A stretch of DNA of 64,000 nucleotides, from NCBI GenBank assembly GCA_051294375.1, contig CM119270.1, positions 14,602,051 through 14,666,050 on the forward strand, in the 5' to 3' direction. This document shows, piece after piece, positions 26,222 through 39,304 of the stretch. The stretch's first letter is position 1, and each line of letters opens with the position of its first letter. Source of the DNA: Paraspadella gotoi (Eukaryota; Animalia; Chaetognatha). Under the pieces are notes generated by a model. The model did not search any database, was not told where the DNA came from, and worked only from the letters and a program-made list of their open reading frames with translations. A program made the position numbers and the translations under genes.

Positions 26222-29200
26222 GCGACAGAAACAGAGAGATCAATCTTTTCTTCTCTATTTCCCCAAAGGAATATCTCAAGCGCAAATATCTTGCCGACGT
26301 TGGCCGACGCGACGCCGCCAGACGAGCGCGCCGAGACGCCGCCAACGTCCTCTCTTCCTCGGCGTCGACTTCGCCATCGGGTGCCAATTCCGGCACTAAC
26401 GGCGCCGCCACGCGCCCGACGTCTCTCGGCGTCAACCGGACGACTAAACCGGACGGAAAAACTAAAAAAGAAAAAACCGACGCCGGTAGATCTTCCAGCG
26501 CGGCGCCATGTCTCGGAGGTACGGCGTCTTCTTCCAGCGTCATCCAGGGAGGCGGCGCCGTTAGAGGTGGGGCTCATATGAGTCGACGCCTCCCGACCCC
26601 GGAAAGGAATTTGCCGCCGACGAGTCTGTTGTCTCCGGGAATCGGGGTTTACAGGTAATTTTCAGATTATTGATCAAGACAGTTTTCAGAACGTGTGTGA
26701 CTGTTTGTCGCTCTGCCTGTGCATCTGTCCGTCTTTTTTATTCCTTTTTTTCTATCTTTTAATTTCTTTTCTTTTCTTTTCTTTTCTTTTCTTTTCTTTT
26801 CTTTTCTTTTCTTTTCTTTTCTTTTCTTTTCTTTTCTTTTCCCTCCTTTTTTCTCTCTTTCTATTTCTTTGTCTTTGTCTTTGATTGTTTTTTTGTCTGG
26901 TAAATGTTTCCATTTTTACTATTTCTAACATATTATAATTAATATTCTTTCAATCACTTTTTCACTTCCGATTAAAATTCCCTCCTTTTCCCCGAAGGAC
27001 ATCCTCCATCTCTCCACCCGGCCGACGGAGTTTGATCGGCAAGAGTCACTCGTGCGAGAGCGAAGACTCCAAAGACGTCAACGATCAACGTGAGCGATTC
27101 TTCCGCCTTCACTCTCACTTTTCTACGCTGGAGAAAATCACGCGCCTGGAGCGAGACTTGGAACGCACGGAGAAGGCGGTTCGCCTGGCCCGACGATCCA
27201 AGTCCACGGAGAACATCGAAAACGACAAGCGGCGCCGCGGAGACGCCTCCCCAGAGGCGCTGCTCGACGAAAAATACCGGCAGAGCAAGGAGGAGCTGCA
27301 CAAGCTGCAGGAGGAGTTGGACCGCAGCAAACCGCGGGAAGAGGTCGCGTGGCGGCGGCGCAGGAATCCGCGGGCGGAGAGAGATTTGGAGTTGAAATAC
27401 ATATCGAAGAACCGAAGGTCGGTCCATGAGCTGCGGGATTCGTTCACTAGGGGGCGTGATAGCAGCGGCGCCGCATCGGGCAACAATCGGGACAAGGACT
27501 ATCTGGGCAAGGTGCCCTTTGAGCGAGCCAAGTATCTCTTCAACAAACTGGAGTCGTCCTCGGATTCAACCTCGGGTCGCGTCGACGGAAATCGAAGTCG
27601 ACGCAGCTCGGAATCATCCTCCTGTCTCACCACCACAACCGCCAGTTCCATCAATTTCGTCAAGAATCCCCTCGGCTCCCAAGACAGCAATCTCTCCTTG
27701 GGCGGCTCAGTCTCCATGCTCAATCTCAGACCTCTCTACGGATACAACCGAGACCCCCTTTTGAACCCATACGACGCCTACGTTGCTCAAAGAGTCAGAG
27801 AGTCCAAGGAGTCCATACCCGCGGAAAAGGAAGAGTGTTTTGACGGCGTCGATGGTCGCCAATCCTTCGTCGACGAATCCAGAGCCGCGAAAGAAAATCA
27901 ACTGTTGAGCGCTCATCCGAAGAAGGAACTCTTACGAAGTCATTCCCTCTCGCCTCAGAAAAACTCATTGAAATATCATCCGAAATCCGATCCAAACGTT
28001 TTGCCCGTTTTGCCTTCAGACACGGATCCTTCTAACGACTCAATGGAGAGCGCGGAAACGACGTCCATTCTCGATTCGTCCTTGGAATCCTCCGGCCCGG
28101 AGTTCTCCATGACAGAGGAACCCCAGCAAACCTCCGAGAAAAAGGCGTCCATCTCCAGCAACTCTTCCGACGTTTACGGGGGAAACGATAGTCAACGCTC
28201 CGTCAGTACGGATGTCTCTAAAAGTTCTCCCGATCACTGGAGTTCGAGAGAATCGTTACAAACTGTTATCTACAAACGAGACGGAAACAGCACGGCGAGT
28301 TCTCGAAGTTCTCTCGAAAAATCCGGGATCGATTTCAAGAAGAGATTAAGTAAAGAGGAACAAGAATCGGTGAAGGAAGAGATCGATCGTCTGCTTCAAG
28401 ATTTCGAAGACTTGACGGAAGACGACATCATCGACGAAGATCTCATGGACATGACGAGAGTCGAAGACAAAACGCCGGACACGACTCAAGATTTTCCGGA
28501 AGAGACGGTCGCTAAACCGGCAATGTCTTCGTGGACCAACACTCCAATTTTGGAGAGAAACCAACAAACGACGCCGACGAATCAAAGCCCGACTAAATCG
28601 TTGACGGATTCCCTTCACATCACGGACAACCTTTCTCACAGCTCCAATTCCTTACCGTCCTCCCCGGAAAAGGGAACAGTGTTGCTAAGACAATATTTAT
28701 CCAAATCAGCTCAATCGACTCCCTCCAGTCCTCACGTCAACTTTTTGGACGAACTGAGAAAAAAGACTCAGAGCGCCGTGACGGTTTCTCAGAGCGTTTC
28801 CTCCGAAAAGGCGATGGAACAGTTCATCAAGGACGATTTAGGTCTAACCGTCATGTTTACCGGCATTCCGGCATTCCTTCAAAAAGATTTTTCTCTGACG
28901 AGCACGGGAATATTCAGGCCCGCATCTCCGGACCATAAAACCGTACCCTCTACCTTGATAGACGCACGACAATACATAGAGGAAAATAGAAAGAACATAA
29001 CCCATCATGTCAAACACGAAGGAAAGCTTGAGCCTCCGCTCTCCGATCATTATTCGGAAACGGTCTCCGAATCGATCTCGGAAGATTCCCGCCACGACGA
29101 AGTCGAGACCGACAGCATCCAGGAGGGAGAAGCCAAGATGTCGGACGAGAAGAGCGAGAAGGACGCCTCCACGCAGCCGGAAATAGATCTGGAGGACGAC

Positions 29201-30668
29201 TTCAGCGACGGAATATTTCCGGATTTGGACAAGTACAAAATAAAGAGATTGGGAAAGCTTAATGAGAAAGAACCCGAACCCATGACGGTTAGCGCTAAAA
29301 CTCAACTCGAAAACAAATCTGAGATCGAAAACGATTTGATGGGGAAAAACGAAACCGATGATCTCGAGGATGCCGACGACGTGTTTGAATCCAACGAGGC
29401 TAAACACAATAGACATAACTCGACAGTCTCCTCAGCGGATCCAACAGAGACAGATCCCTCTCCCGGAAAACTCGACGTCAACCCCGCCGAAGTTCTTAAC
29501 GAGGAGGTCAACGAAACCAAACAGAGCAAACAGCAAAAGTGGCCGGCCTCGGATTTGGCCAAAAAGTTCAGCCCGACCGAGAGCGAGGCCACAATGATTA
29601 TCAAATCCAGCATATCCGATCTTTCCGACGGGTCAGTCATCTCCTTCGGGATTCAGACTTCGACGACCGACTTCAACTCTGACCTTTTGACCTCCGACTC
29701 GGACAAGGTGAGGCGTTCCTCCATCTCCGAGCCCAACCTCTACGAGAACAACCTGTCTCCGTCGTCGGCGTCGGAAGCCGGCGTTGTTTCCAACGGCGCC
29801 AACTCGTCGCTCTCTTTCCTGCGGAGTCGATACGAGGGTCAGTCCCAACATTCGGACAGGTCGCCCCCTTCCAATTCGCCAAGGCAGCTGGGAATGCCCA
29901 GGACCGTCTCGGGAGATCTCAAGGAGATCTGCAGGTGAGTGGTATGACATAGCGTTGTTTTGCCTCGTTAAAAGTATAGTATAGCATAGTAAATGTGATG
30001 ATTTGGTTTGTTAAAAAAATTTAGAAAAAATATAAAAAATAAATAAAAAATTACTTAATAAAATTTATAATAAAAAAATTATAAATAATCAAATAAATAT
30101 ACTTTTTTTTGTCTCGATAGAAGAAATTGTTTTAATCTGGCTTCACAATTTTTAGTTATTATAGTTATAGAAATTTTAAAAAATAAACAATTAAGACTAA
30201 GAAATAAAGTTTAAAATATCTTTTTTTTATCTAACATCCTCCTACGTTAATAAATATTTTTAATCGCCACAAAAGATAACATTTCTAAAATAACAAGATA
30301 ACAATAAATACTATCAATTTTCCCCGGGCAAGAATGTTCGAGAAGCGCTACCCGGATGCGCCCAAGCTCGTCAAGAAGAGCTACATGCCGCGCACCATCT
30401 CGGGCGACTTGGGGGAAATCCGGCGCCTCTTCGAAACCGGCGACGCCTTCAAGCAAAAGTTGGAAGACGTAGAGTTGGAGACGCAGAAGAAGAAGACGCC
30501 GCGGAAGAACGTGGTCGTCAAGAGCGTCTCCGTCACGGACTCAGACCAGACCGACCATTTGGGCCACGCCCTTGCCACGACCGTCGCCGAGCAGCGAGGA
30601 GAGCAAGAAGGTGTGGGGGGGAAGGAGAGAGGGAGAAGGGGAGAAGAAGGAGAGAAGAAAAGAAAGAG

Positions 30669-30718
<50 letters not shown>

Positions 30719-30719
30719 T

Positions 30720-30755
<36 letters not shown>

Positions 30756-30822
30756 AAAGAAGAGAGAGAGAGAGAAAAGAGAAGAAAGAAAAGAGAGAAA
30801 GAGAGAGAGAGAGAGAGATAGA

Positions 30823-30865
<43 letters not shown>

Positions 30866-33800
30866 TGTGCTTGAAAAAATATTTTTAGTTAACTAAGTTT
30901 TAACCCTTAGGCTTAACCACTACCATTACCAGCTTTCAAAATAAATTTACTCCGGGTTCACAGGTCAACGCGGTCATGCAGCATCACTACGAAAACGTCG
31001 TCCTTCGTCCAGAGAGATTTCACACCTACGAGAATTTCACGCCTCTGCGCGCGCGGGCGGAGAGAGTCAGCGCAGCCGCCGCCTCGCGTGCAAAAGTGGA
31101 GCGTGAGCGGGGGTTGGGTGGATCGGTGCATTGATGAGGGGGTAGGTCGCTACGTAGGAGCCTAGGAGGTATTGGGATTGTGGGTGATTATGACTTGTGA
31201 ATCTTAGTAAAAAAAATCGACGAGTTTTAAACTTAACGAGCGAAATGTTCGTTTAAATTGAATTTAAAAATTTAATTTTCCTCTTTAAATTTATTTCTAA
31301 TTTTAGTAAACTTTTATTAAGTTTTTCTGGTCGAAATACGAATATTGAAATTTTTTTTTGATTTTTAATTAAAACCATTCACGTTTAAATCCTAATATTT
31401 AATCTTTTAAAAATCTATTCTCCCTTCACTAAAAGTTAAATAAAATTAAAGCCAAAATTTCTATCTTAATCCTCCATCCCATTCCCAGCCAATCCGTCCC
31501 GACCCTCCCAAGCCGCGGCGGACTCACCTCTTCCGACAGCGACACTCGGTGAAATTCGCTGGGACAAAAAGAAACCGGAACGCGAAGCGTACCGCAAACA
31601 ACAACAACGACGACAAAGACGACAACGAGGCGGAGGACGAGGAGGAAACTTTGGTCAAGCGGAGGTTCTCTTCCTCCTCCGACGCCACGAAAGAAGCGGA
31701 GAGGACGGATTCGGACAAGACGCCCATGAATCCTCCCGCGGGTCATTTGTCCGAACTCGTCGACGACCCGGTCACCACCATGACCTTCTCCATCAGACCA
31801 AGGCCGCTCGCTTTTCCTTTTTCGGCATCCGCGGCGGCGGCGGCTGCGGAGGCGGTGGAGGATGCTGCTGCGGGAAACCATTCCTCGATCGCCCTCGGAG
31901 AATCGGCGACGACGACGCCGACGACGACGACGACGCCGACAGCGAAGAAGACTTATCCCGTCCTCGTCTGTCGCGCCGAGTGCGACCGATACACGCTCAA
32001 CATCACGGCGCGACCTCTGGAGGCGATGGACGCGCCCTCCGTGGGAGAGGCGTCGCCGAAGGAAATCGTCGATGACATCGCGACGACGACAACCAAGTCG
32101 ACGATCTCTGAATCTGCGTCGAGGGGAGACGGCGCCGAATTCGCTTATTCCGCGTTTCCCGGCGCTGATGGCATGGGCGCTTCCGGCACTCCCGGCTCTC
32201 ACGGGCTCGACGATGAAGGCGACGGTAAAATTCCGGCGAAGGGGCATCCGGCCATCGGTCGCGGCGGCGCGACGAAATTGACGACGACTAGATTGACGAC
32301 GACGACGACGATCAGAGAGTACGAGCCTCTCGACGATCCGCCCGTCAATGGAGCGCCGCCACCGCCGACGACGACGACGACGACGAAATCGGGAGACGGG
32401 ACGACGAAGGGGGGAAAAGTAAGTTATGCATGAAGGATATAGTGTTTAAATGTTTAAATGTTTTTAAATATAAAAAAAAATGAAAAGAGCGGCAAGAATA
32501 ATTAATTGGTTCTCAAAAACAATTGAGCATCATATACGTTCCTCATTGCAATCGCTTCATAAAAATTATTTGTTTATAAATCGCGATAATATTCGATTAA
32601 AATATTTCAGGTAAGGAAGCACGCAGTAGCGCTTTACTCGTTTCATGGACAAAACCCTCGCGAACTCAACTTTGACAAAGGGATGATCCTGACCATAAAA
32701 CGCACTATAGATGATAATTGGTTTGAGGTAACCATTTATGAAAATTATGAAAATAAGGATATTCATCTCAATGTTCCATTTTTCTTCGTCAGGGCGACTG
32801 CGACGGTCGTCTCGGCATCTTCCCCAAATCCTACGTGAGGGTGCTGTTGCCGCCGTCCGCGGAGGGAACGGCCCGCTTGGGATCCTCCAAATCGCAGCAC
32901 CTTCTCTCCGAAGGGCAGGCAGTCGCCAAATACGACTTCAATGCGCAGACCAACGTGGAAATGAGTCTAAAGAAGGGGGAAGTCGTCCTGTTGCTGAGGA
33001 GGGTCGACACCAATTGGTTTGAGGTGAGAGAGAGAGAAAGAGCGAGAGAGAGAGAGAGANNNNNNNNNNNNNNGAGAGAGAGAGAGAGAGAGAGAGAGAT
33101 GGAAAAAATGACGTGAAAGAAATGAATAAATAAACAAATTATGTACAATGAATACAAAAAATAAAAACTTGTGCATAAAATATAAATTTTATCTTCATCT
33201 TCATCTTTATATTTATCACATTTAAATTCGCCCAATCCTTTTACGCAATCATTAATTCCTCTTATCCGGTCAGGGCCGCGTCGGCGCCGACCGTCACGGC
33301 ATCTTCCCCGTCAGCTACTGCGACGTCATCACGGAACCCGTCTTCAAGACTCTGCACCGCGGAGGGGGCGCCAATGAGCTCGCCCGGTCACGCTCCTCCA
33401 AGAAGTTGAGGGAAGCCAAGCGATCCGTCGGAGGTCATTCGCCCGGCTGCAAGCTGGCCGAGGCGTCTCGGTCCTCCGCTTCCGGCCCATGGTCCGCCGC
33501 CGCCGCAGCCGCAGCCGCCGCCGTCCACAATCATCAGAAGCCGTCGTCGTCGACGGCGTCGTCGTCGGCAAAATCGCCGCATCGACATCATCATCACCAT
33601 CATCATCATCATCATCATCAATGCGCCAAAGCCGTCGGAAGCCGGAAGTCGGCGTTGACGTCGAAAGAGGAGGAGACGGCGCAAGAATCCTCGCAATCCT
33701 TCCATCATCCCAATTGCAAGAGGAATCAACAGCAACAACACAAACAGCAGCAACAGCAACCGCAGCAGCTACAACCCCTCCATCAACCCCAACGACTTCA

Positions 33801-34155
33801 ACAGCATCCCCACAAACAAGTCGCGGATACTCCTCGCGTTCTTCAATCGCATCAACCCCTGGCGAATATTCAGCAGCAATCTCAGCAGCATTCTCAACTC
33901 CAACATCAGCAGCAGCAGCAGGGTCCGCAGAAGGAAAAGACGCTGCAGGTGTACACGGCGCTGTACAGCTATCATCCGCAGAACGAGGACGAGCTGCAGC
34001 TGAAGGAGGGCGACGTGATTTACGTGATCGAAAGGTGCGACGACGGTTGGTTCGTCGGCACCTCCGCCCGTACCGGACAATTCGGCACCTTCCCCGGCAA
34101 CTACGCCAGGCTCCAATCCTCGCGCGGCCGACCCAGGATTTGTGATAATTGTTGA
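23044..34155 (+). CDS. SORBS: Sorbin and SH3 domain-containing (CAP/ArgBP2/vinexin family) adaptor, ~2,700 aa
   Basis: Exons 23044-24248, 24848-25039, 25378-26155, 26269-26654, 26998-29934, 30333-30610, 30964-~31095, 31489-32418, 32611-32727, 32793-33023, 33274-34155 (TGA). Three C-terminal SH3 domains: [34 protein letters not shown]; [34 protein letters not shown]; [51 protein letters not shown]. The third is typical of the CAP/ArgBP2 third SH3. The 5' end is uncertain, and there is one phase conflict near 30560-31100. Confidence 0.85.
24415..24577 (+). repeat. Dispersed ~165-bp repeat, copy 2 (in a SORBS intron)
   Basis: Inverted match to 6075-6240. Confidence 0.8.
26998..29934 (+). CDS. 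SORBS: 2.9-kb internal exon of the SORBS-family gene (Ser-rich, predicted disordered)
   Basis: Corresponds to ORF 27032-29938, bounded by acceptor ccccgaag and donor CAG|gtgagt, phase 2 at both ends. Confidence 0.85.
32611..34155 (+). CDS. SORBS: Triple-SH3 C-terminal exons of the SORBS-family gene
   Basis: Exons 32611-32727, 32793-33023 and 33274-34155. A poly-His and Gln-rich linker separates SH3-2 from SH3-3. Confidence 0.92.
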
Positions 34156-34176
34156 CGAGCTCTTATTTTTCTCTTT

Positions 34177-34285
<109 letters not shown>

Positions 34286-35399
34286 GGACGCGGCTGAGGC
34301 CTTCGCTATGAAAGATAGGATTTATGATCAGATTTTTTAAAAATTACTATTTAATTAAATTAATCGAAAAAGAGCTTAGTTTCGTTCACGACAATATGCA
34401 AATGAGATTTTGTTTTGTCCAAGACTCTTAGGTCGCCGAAGCTGGTTCTCTTCGTTTCGAGGAAATCATGATACATTCTCTCTCTTACTTTTTTTTTCTT
34501 TCGTTTTTCCCTCGCGATTTGGTGCAGAAAATCGAGAGGAGCCTCGAAAGCTTTTCCTGGAACCGAATACTCTTTTCTTTCAATATCATTAATATCGTGA
34601 TATATTTTTTAAATAAAAAAAAAGGCTCACCGACGATTCAATCATTTATTCCTACTTCCACTTCCGACTCGGTTCCTTTTCATCATTTAACTAAAAATAA
34701 TAACTGCACCGAAATCGGCCGATTTAAAAAAAAAAAGAAACCCATTAATCCGAGCGATATATATTTAGTTGAATATTCATTTCTCATATTTTTTTTTTCG
34801 ATGAGAATCTATAATGATTACCTCTCCGCAAACTTTGATCTTTCGCGTCGTTCGTTAACTTAAATTTTTCTTGCCTCAACGCGGTTGGCGGAAATTAATG
34901 CATCAAAAATCGAGGACGTAGTGAAGAACATTTTAAAATCGGGATTAAAGAAAAGTTTAATGTCAATGGTAACAACAGAACTTTGGGTTAATGTTTCCAA
35001 TATATTTTTTTTGTAAAATTTGTTTTGTTGCATTCGTTCCTGAACACCGGGTACTCTAACATACCGACTATTGTCAGTTTATTATAACATTGAATAAAAT
35101 AACCCTGACAATTTTTTTTTTTTTTTTTTGGCGGATTGAGTTCGAATACGTAGTAATGAGGCTCCATTGAAAGAATTTAGTACTTAATACGTGTAACATT
35201 GCAATAAAAGAACTTAGTTTTTATGGACGAATGTTTATTGAAGAGTGATAGCCCGGATTTTTATAGTTGCATCTGGGTATTGAACTGCTTATCTTTAGGA
35301 AACTCAGTCACTTGTTTTCCCACCCAATGACTGCAACTACAACAAATGATCAATGATTGTGAAAAAAAAAAATAATCCGAGGTCAAGTAGATTCCCAAG

Positions 35400-35419
35400 A
35401 GGTCAAAGGTGAAAGGTCA
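35400..35419 (+). promoter_or_regulatory. Candidate triple DR1 nuclear-receptor element
   Basis: AGGTCA-A-AGGTGA-A-AGGTCA. Motif match only. Confidence 0.3.
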
Positions 35420-36570
35420 ATATGAGCAGAAAAAATCTGGTAATCGGAAAGAAATTTTGAGGAAGAACGAATGTGGTTGAAGTCCAAAGGGTAAGTGAGC
35501 AAAAAAAAGAAGGGAAAAAGAGGGAAACAATAGCGGGTGAGGAAAGTAAGTTTACGGTCAAAAAGCTGCGTTGTACTGAGCAAAGCAAAGCAAAGCCAGG
35601 AAGTCGAAAGTCTACTCGCATTTGAAAAAAGATATTGCCAATAAAAAGTACGTCAAAAATATATTTCCTTCCTTTTATTTTCGTTAGCCCGGTTCGATGC
35701 TCAGGTTCCAACGGAGCAAAAGTGTCTTCCACGTGGTTTTTACATTACGTATTGACTAGTTAAGAACAAGTAGATTCACTCTGCCACCAAGAGGTACCAC
35801 CCAGACACGCCAACATCATCCAATGGCAAATTGAGAAGAAAAGGATTATATAACTTTTTTTCGATTAAATTGATTCCAACATCGGATAACAAATGGTTTC
35901 TCGCTCAGACAAGTCGTGCAGCTGATTTCCGCCAAATTTATCTTCGCATTTTTCCTCTTTTCGCGCGAACCAGACTTAAGGCGGTCAATTTTGGATGGAG
36001 AGATGGAGAGAAGGAAAGAAGGAAAGGAAAGAATGGGAGAAACGAGATGCAATTTGGGTTAATTTGGCTCCGAACGAAATTACACGGTCTGCCGCCCTTT
36101 TTTGTTCTTAGCGCTTTGCCAGTGGCTAGTCGTAAAAACGGGGAAGCTGTTATTTTGAAGAGACTGACTGAGTTACTCTGGCAGCTCGTTTGAACCGTTT
36201 GGCCCTGAATGATGTACCTGCACAAAATACATATTAAATTGATACAACCTACTGTTGAATAAATAAGCTATATCCTAACCATTAGTGGGTTAATGACGCC
36301 ATCCATATCCGTAAATAGTATTTCTTAGAACAGTTTCAATTGTATTAAAGGCACAACGGTTGAAAGTCTTTTTATTTTTATATTTATTTCGAAAATATTG
36401 TATTTCGATGGCATACTATTATATTTGTTTTGATTTGACCTCGACACGCGACTGTCGAGAGAGAAATTTTCTTAAACCGCGAAGGAACAAAGAGATCGAA
36501 AGAAAAATCGAATTAGAGAAGGATTAATTGAGATACAATTAAAGAGAACAAGACCTTGGATAGAAAGGGC

Positions 36571-36668
<98 letters not shown>

Positions 36669-36722
36669 GAGAGAGGGAGAGAGGGAGAGAGAGATGTAAA
36701 TATATATATATAAATAAAATAA

Positions 36723-36774
<52 letters not shown>

Positions 36775-37054
36775 AAAGAAGAAAGAAGAAAGAAAGAAAG
36801 AAAGAAAGATAGAAAGATAAAAGGAAAGAAATGAAAAATTACGCGTTCTATCCACAAAAAAGCGTCTAGGTTTCGATGGCGTGATGAAGACAACGACGAA
36901 GAAGACGACGACGATGATGACGACCACAAACACGATGAAAAACAAGGGGACGACGAAGAATACGACGAAGAAGACGACGAAGAAGACGACCGAAGAAGAC
37001 GACGTTGGGGATCCAGGAAATCCCTAGGTGTCACTTTCGGAAGAGAAAAAAAGA

Positions 37055-37124
<70 letters not shown>

Positions 37125-37874
37125 TTTTCATTGTGCTTTGCATGGGCGTAAGTAAGTAAGAGAGTGTGTGTAGTGTCTCGTCGTACGAGCGAGCCTTTCC
37201 TTACCTCTTCCGCGAACTTACCCAACATTATTTCAATTCGTTGTAAAGGTCGCCCCTTACCCATTTCGTTTCCTTCGTCCAACCATTTGGCTTCTTGGCT
37301 TTTTGGAATGGGATCGCCAAGACACGAGTGCCCACGGTCTCAGGTTGTAAAGCCTTCAAAGCTGATTTTTTTTTTTTTTTTTTTCTAATCGGAAAATGAT
37401 TATTTTTTTAAGGTTAAACGGGAAACGAGGGTCGATCGACACGAACGAGTTTCCTTTATTTTTTTATCCAAACGTTACAGGGTGATGAGTTTAAAGTTTT
37501 AATTTTTTTTTAGTCTGCGGCCGCGTTTATTTATGGTTTATTGTAATTTAATAAAAACAGCAATGGTTCAGTACTAAATATATGGATATTTTGTTAAAGT
37601 CAGAAGAAAAGTTTACAACTTTTTGGGCGTAATTAAGCACAAGTTACAAATAAAAATTTAGAATAAATGCTAAGTACATATTGTATTTAAATTATTTGAT
37701 ATATAAGCCATACTACAATTATCTAGTAACGGAAAATCGTACTGAGCGTAAAGTTGACGATTAAGACACGGGAATCATTTTGAAAAAAATTGAAGGTAAA
37801 ATATAAATCACATTTCATTTTACTGGTTTTTTTTTTATCTAATTTTTCTCCCTTTAAATATTTTCTTTATTTTT

Positions 37875-37916
<42 letters not shown>

Positions 37917-38137
37917 TTTTTCTTTCTTTCTTTCTTTCTTTCTTTTTCTCTTTCTGTCCGTTTCCTTGTTTTTTATTTTTTTCATTTTTATTTTTATCTT
38001 TCTTTCTTTCTATTTTATATTCTTTTTTTCTTTCTTTCCATCATCCATATCGAGGAAGCCATGAATCTTTCCGGAAAAAAAGTTGACGCTTCCAGAAAAT
38101 CGAAGATCGAAGGAAAAAAAATCCCAGAAAAAAATTA

Positions 38138-38630
38138 TTAGCGTGGATTTGGTTAGAAATTGGAAACAAATCTAATTTAATTTAATTTAATTTATTTTAA
38201 TTAAATTTAATTTAATAATTAGCGTGGATTTGAATAGGAATTGGAAACAAATTTAATTTAATTTAATTTAATGATTAGTGTGGATTCGGTTAGAATTTGG
38301 AAACAAATCTAATTTAATTTAATTTAATTTAATTTAATTTAATTTAATTTAATAATTAGATTCGCTTAGGAATTGGAAACATTAATTTAATTTAATTTAA
38401 TTTAATTTAATTTAATTTAATTTAATTTAATAATTAGATTCGGTTAGGAATTGGAAACAAATTTATTTAATTTAATTTAATTTAATCTAATTTAATTTAA
38501 TAATTAGATTCGGTTAGGAATTGGAAACATAATTTAATTTAATTTAATTTAATTTAATTTAATTTAATTTAATAATTTAATTTAATTTAATTAGCGTGGA
38601 TTCGGTTAGAAATTGTAAACAAATCTAATT
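38138..38630 (+). repeat. Composite minisatellite: ~7 copies of a TAG(CGTG)GATT(C/T)GGTTAG(A/G)AATTGGAAACA core separated by (TTTAA)n
   Basis: Cores at about 38139, 38220, 38276, 38357, 38435, 38505 and 38592. Confidence 0.9.
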
Positions 38631-38999
38631 TCGCGGTTTTTCACGTCTTATTTTGTTTTGAATCAAAGTTTTTTTGTTTTGTTTTTTTTCTCAAACATCC
38701 CAGTTTTCAGTTGATTTCAGTCTCGTCAACGAAATGAAAGACATTTTCTTGGATTTTATAAATAAGGCGCCTAACAACGAATTAACTATTTTTGGTTTCT
38801 TGTTTAACACGAATCATCCTGTTGATAAGGCTGAAAAAGAGAATTGAACTATACAAGTATACGTAAAAAAAAAGAAAGAAAAGCTATTATTAATTTGAAC
38901 AAGGAACAAAAATAAAAAAAATAAGTAAACAAAAAAAAAATCATATGGGAGTAAAAATGGATACGGAAGTGGATTCGAACGTTTGACCTTGACACCTCG

Positions 39000-39221
39000 A
39001 TGGGAACGAGCGGCAGCAAAAATACGAAATTGGAGGAGGAGAAATCGAAGAAGCAGCAACATCAGAATGGAATCGCTGGTCACAGGTAAATACCAAAAAG
39101 GCTACCTTAAAAGACTTGTTTAATGAATATCACATAATGAACTGTATTTTTTCTATCCAATTCTTTTTTTCAGTTTCGAAATTAAATGGTTAAACACTAA
39201 ACCGTCTTTCTTATATTAATA

Positions 39222-39304
<83 letters not shown>

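Noticed and set aside
26156-26581. C-terminal part of ORF 25349-26581
   Set aside because: It reads through an (AG)n intron. The real exon 26269-26654 uses a different frame (EYLKRKYL...).
36871-37028. Acidic (Asp/Glu) exon-like stretch
   Set aside because: GAC/GAA-rich tracts are ubiquitous here, and I found no partner exons in phase.
38138-38630. CRISPR-like repeat/spacer pattern
   Set aside because: The spacers are (TTTAA)n rather than unique sequence, the context is eukaryotic, and there are no cas genes.
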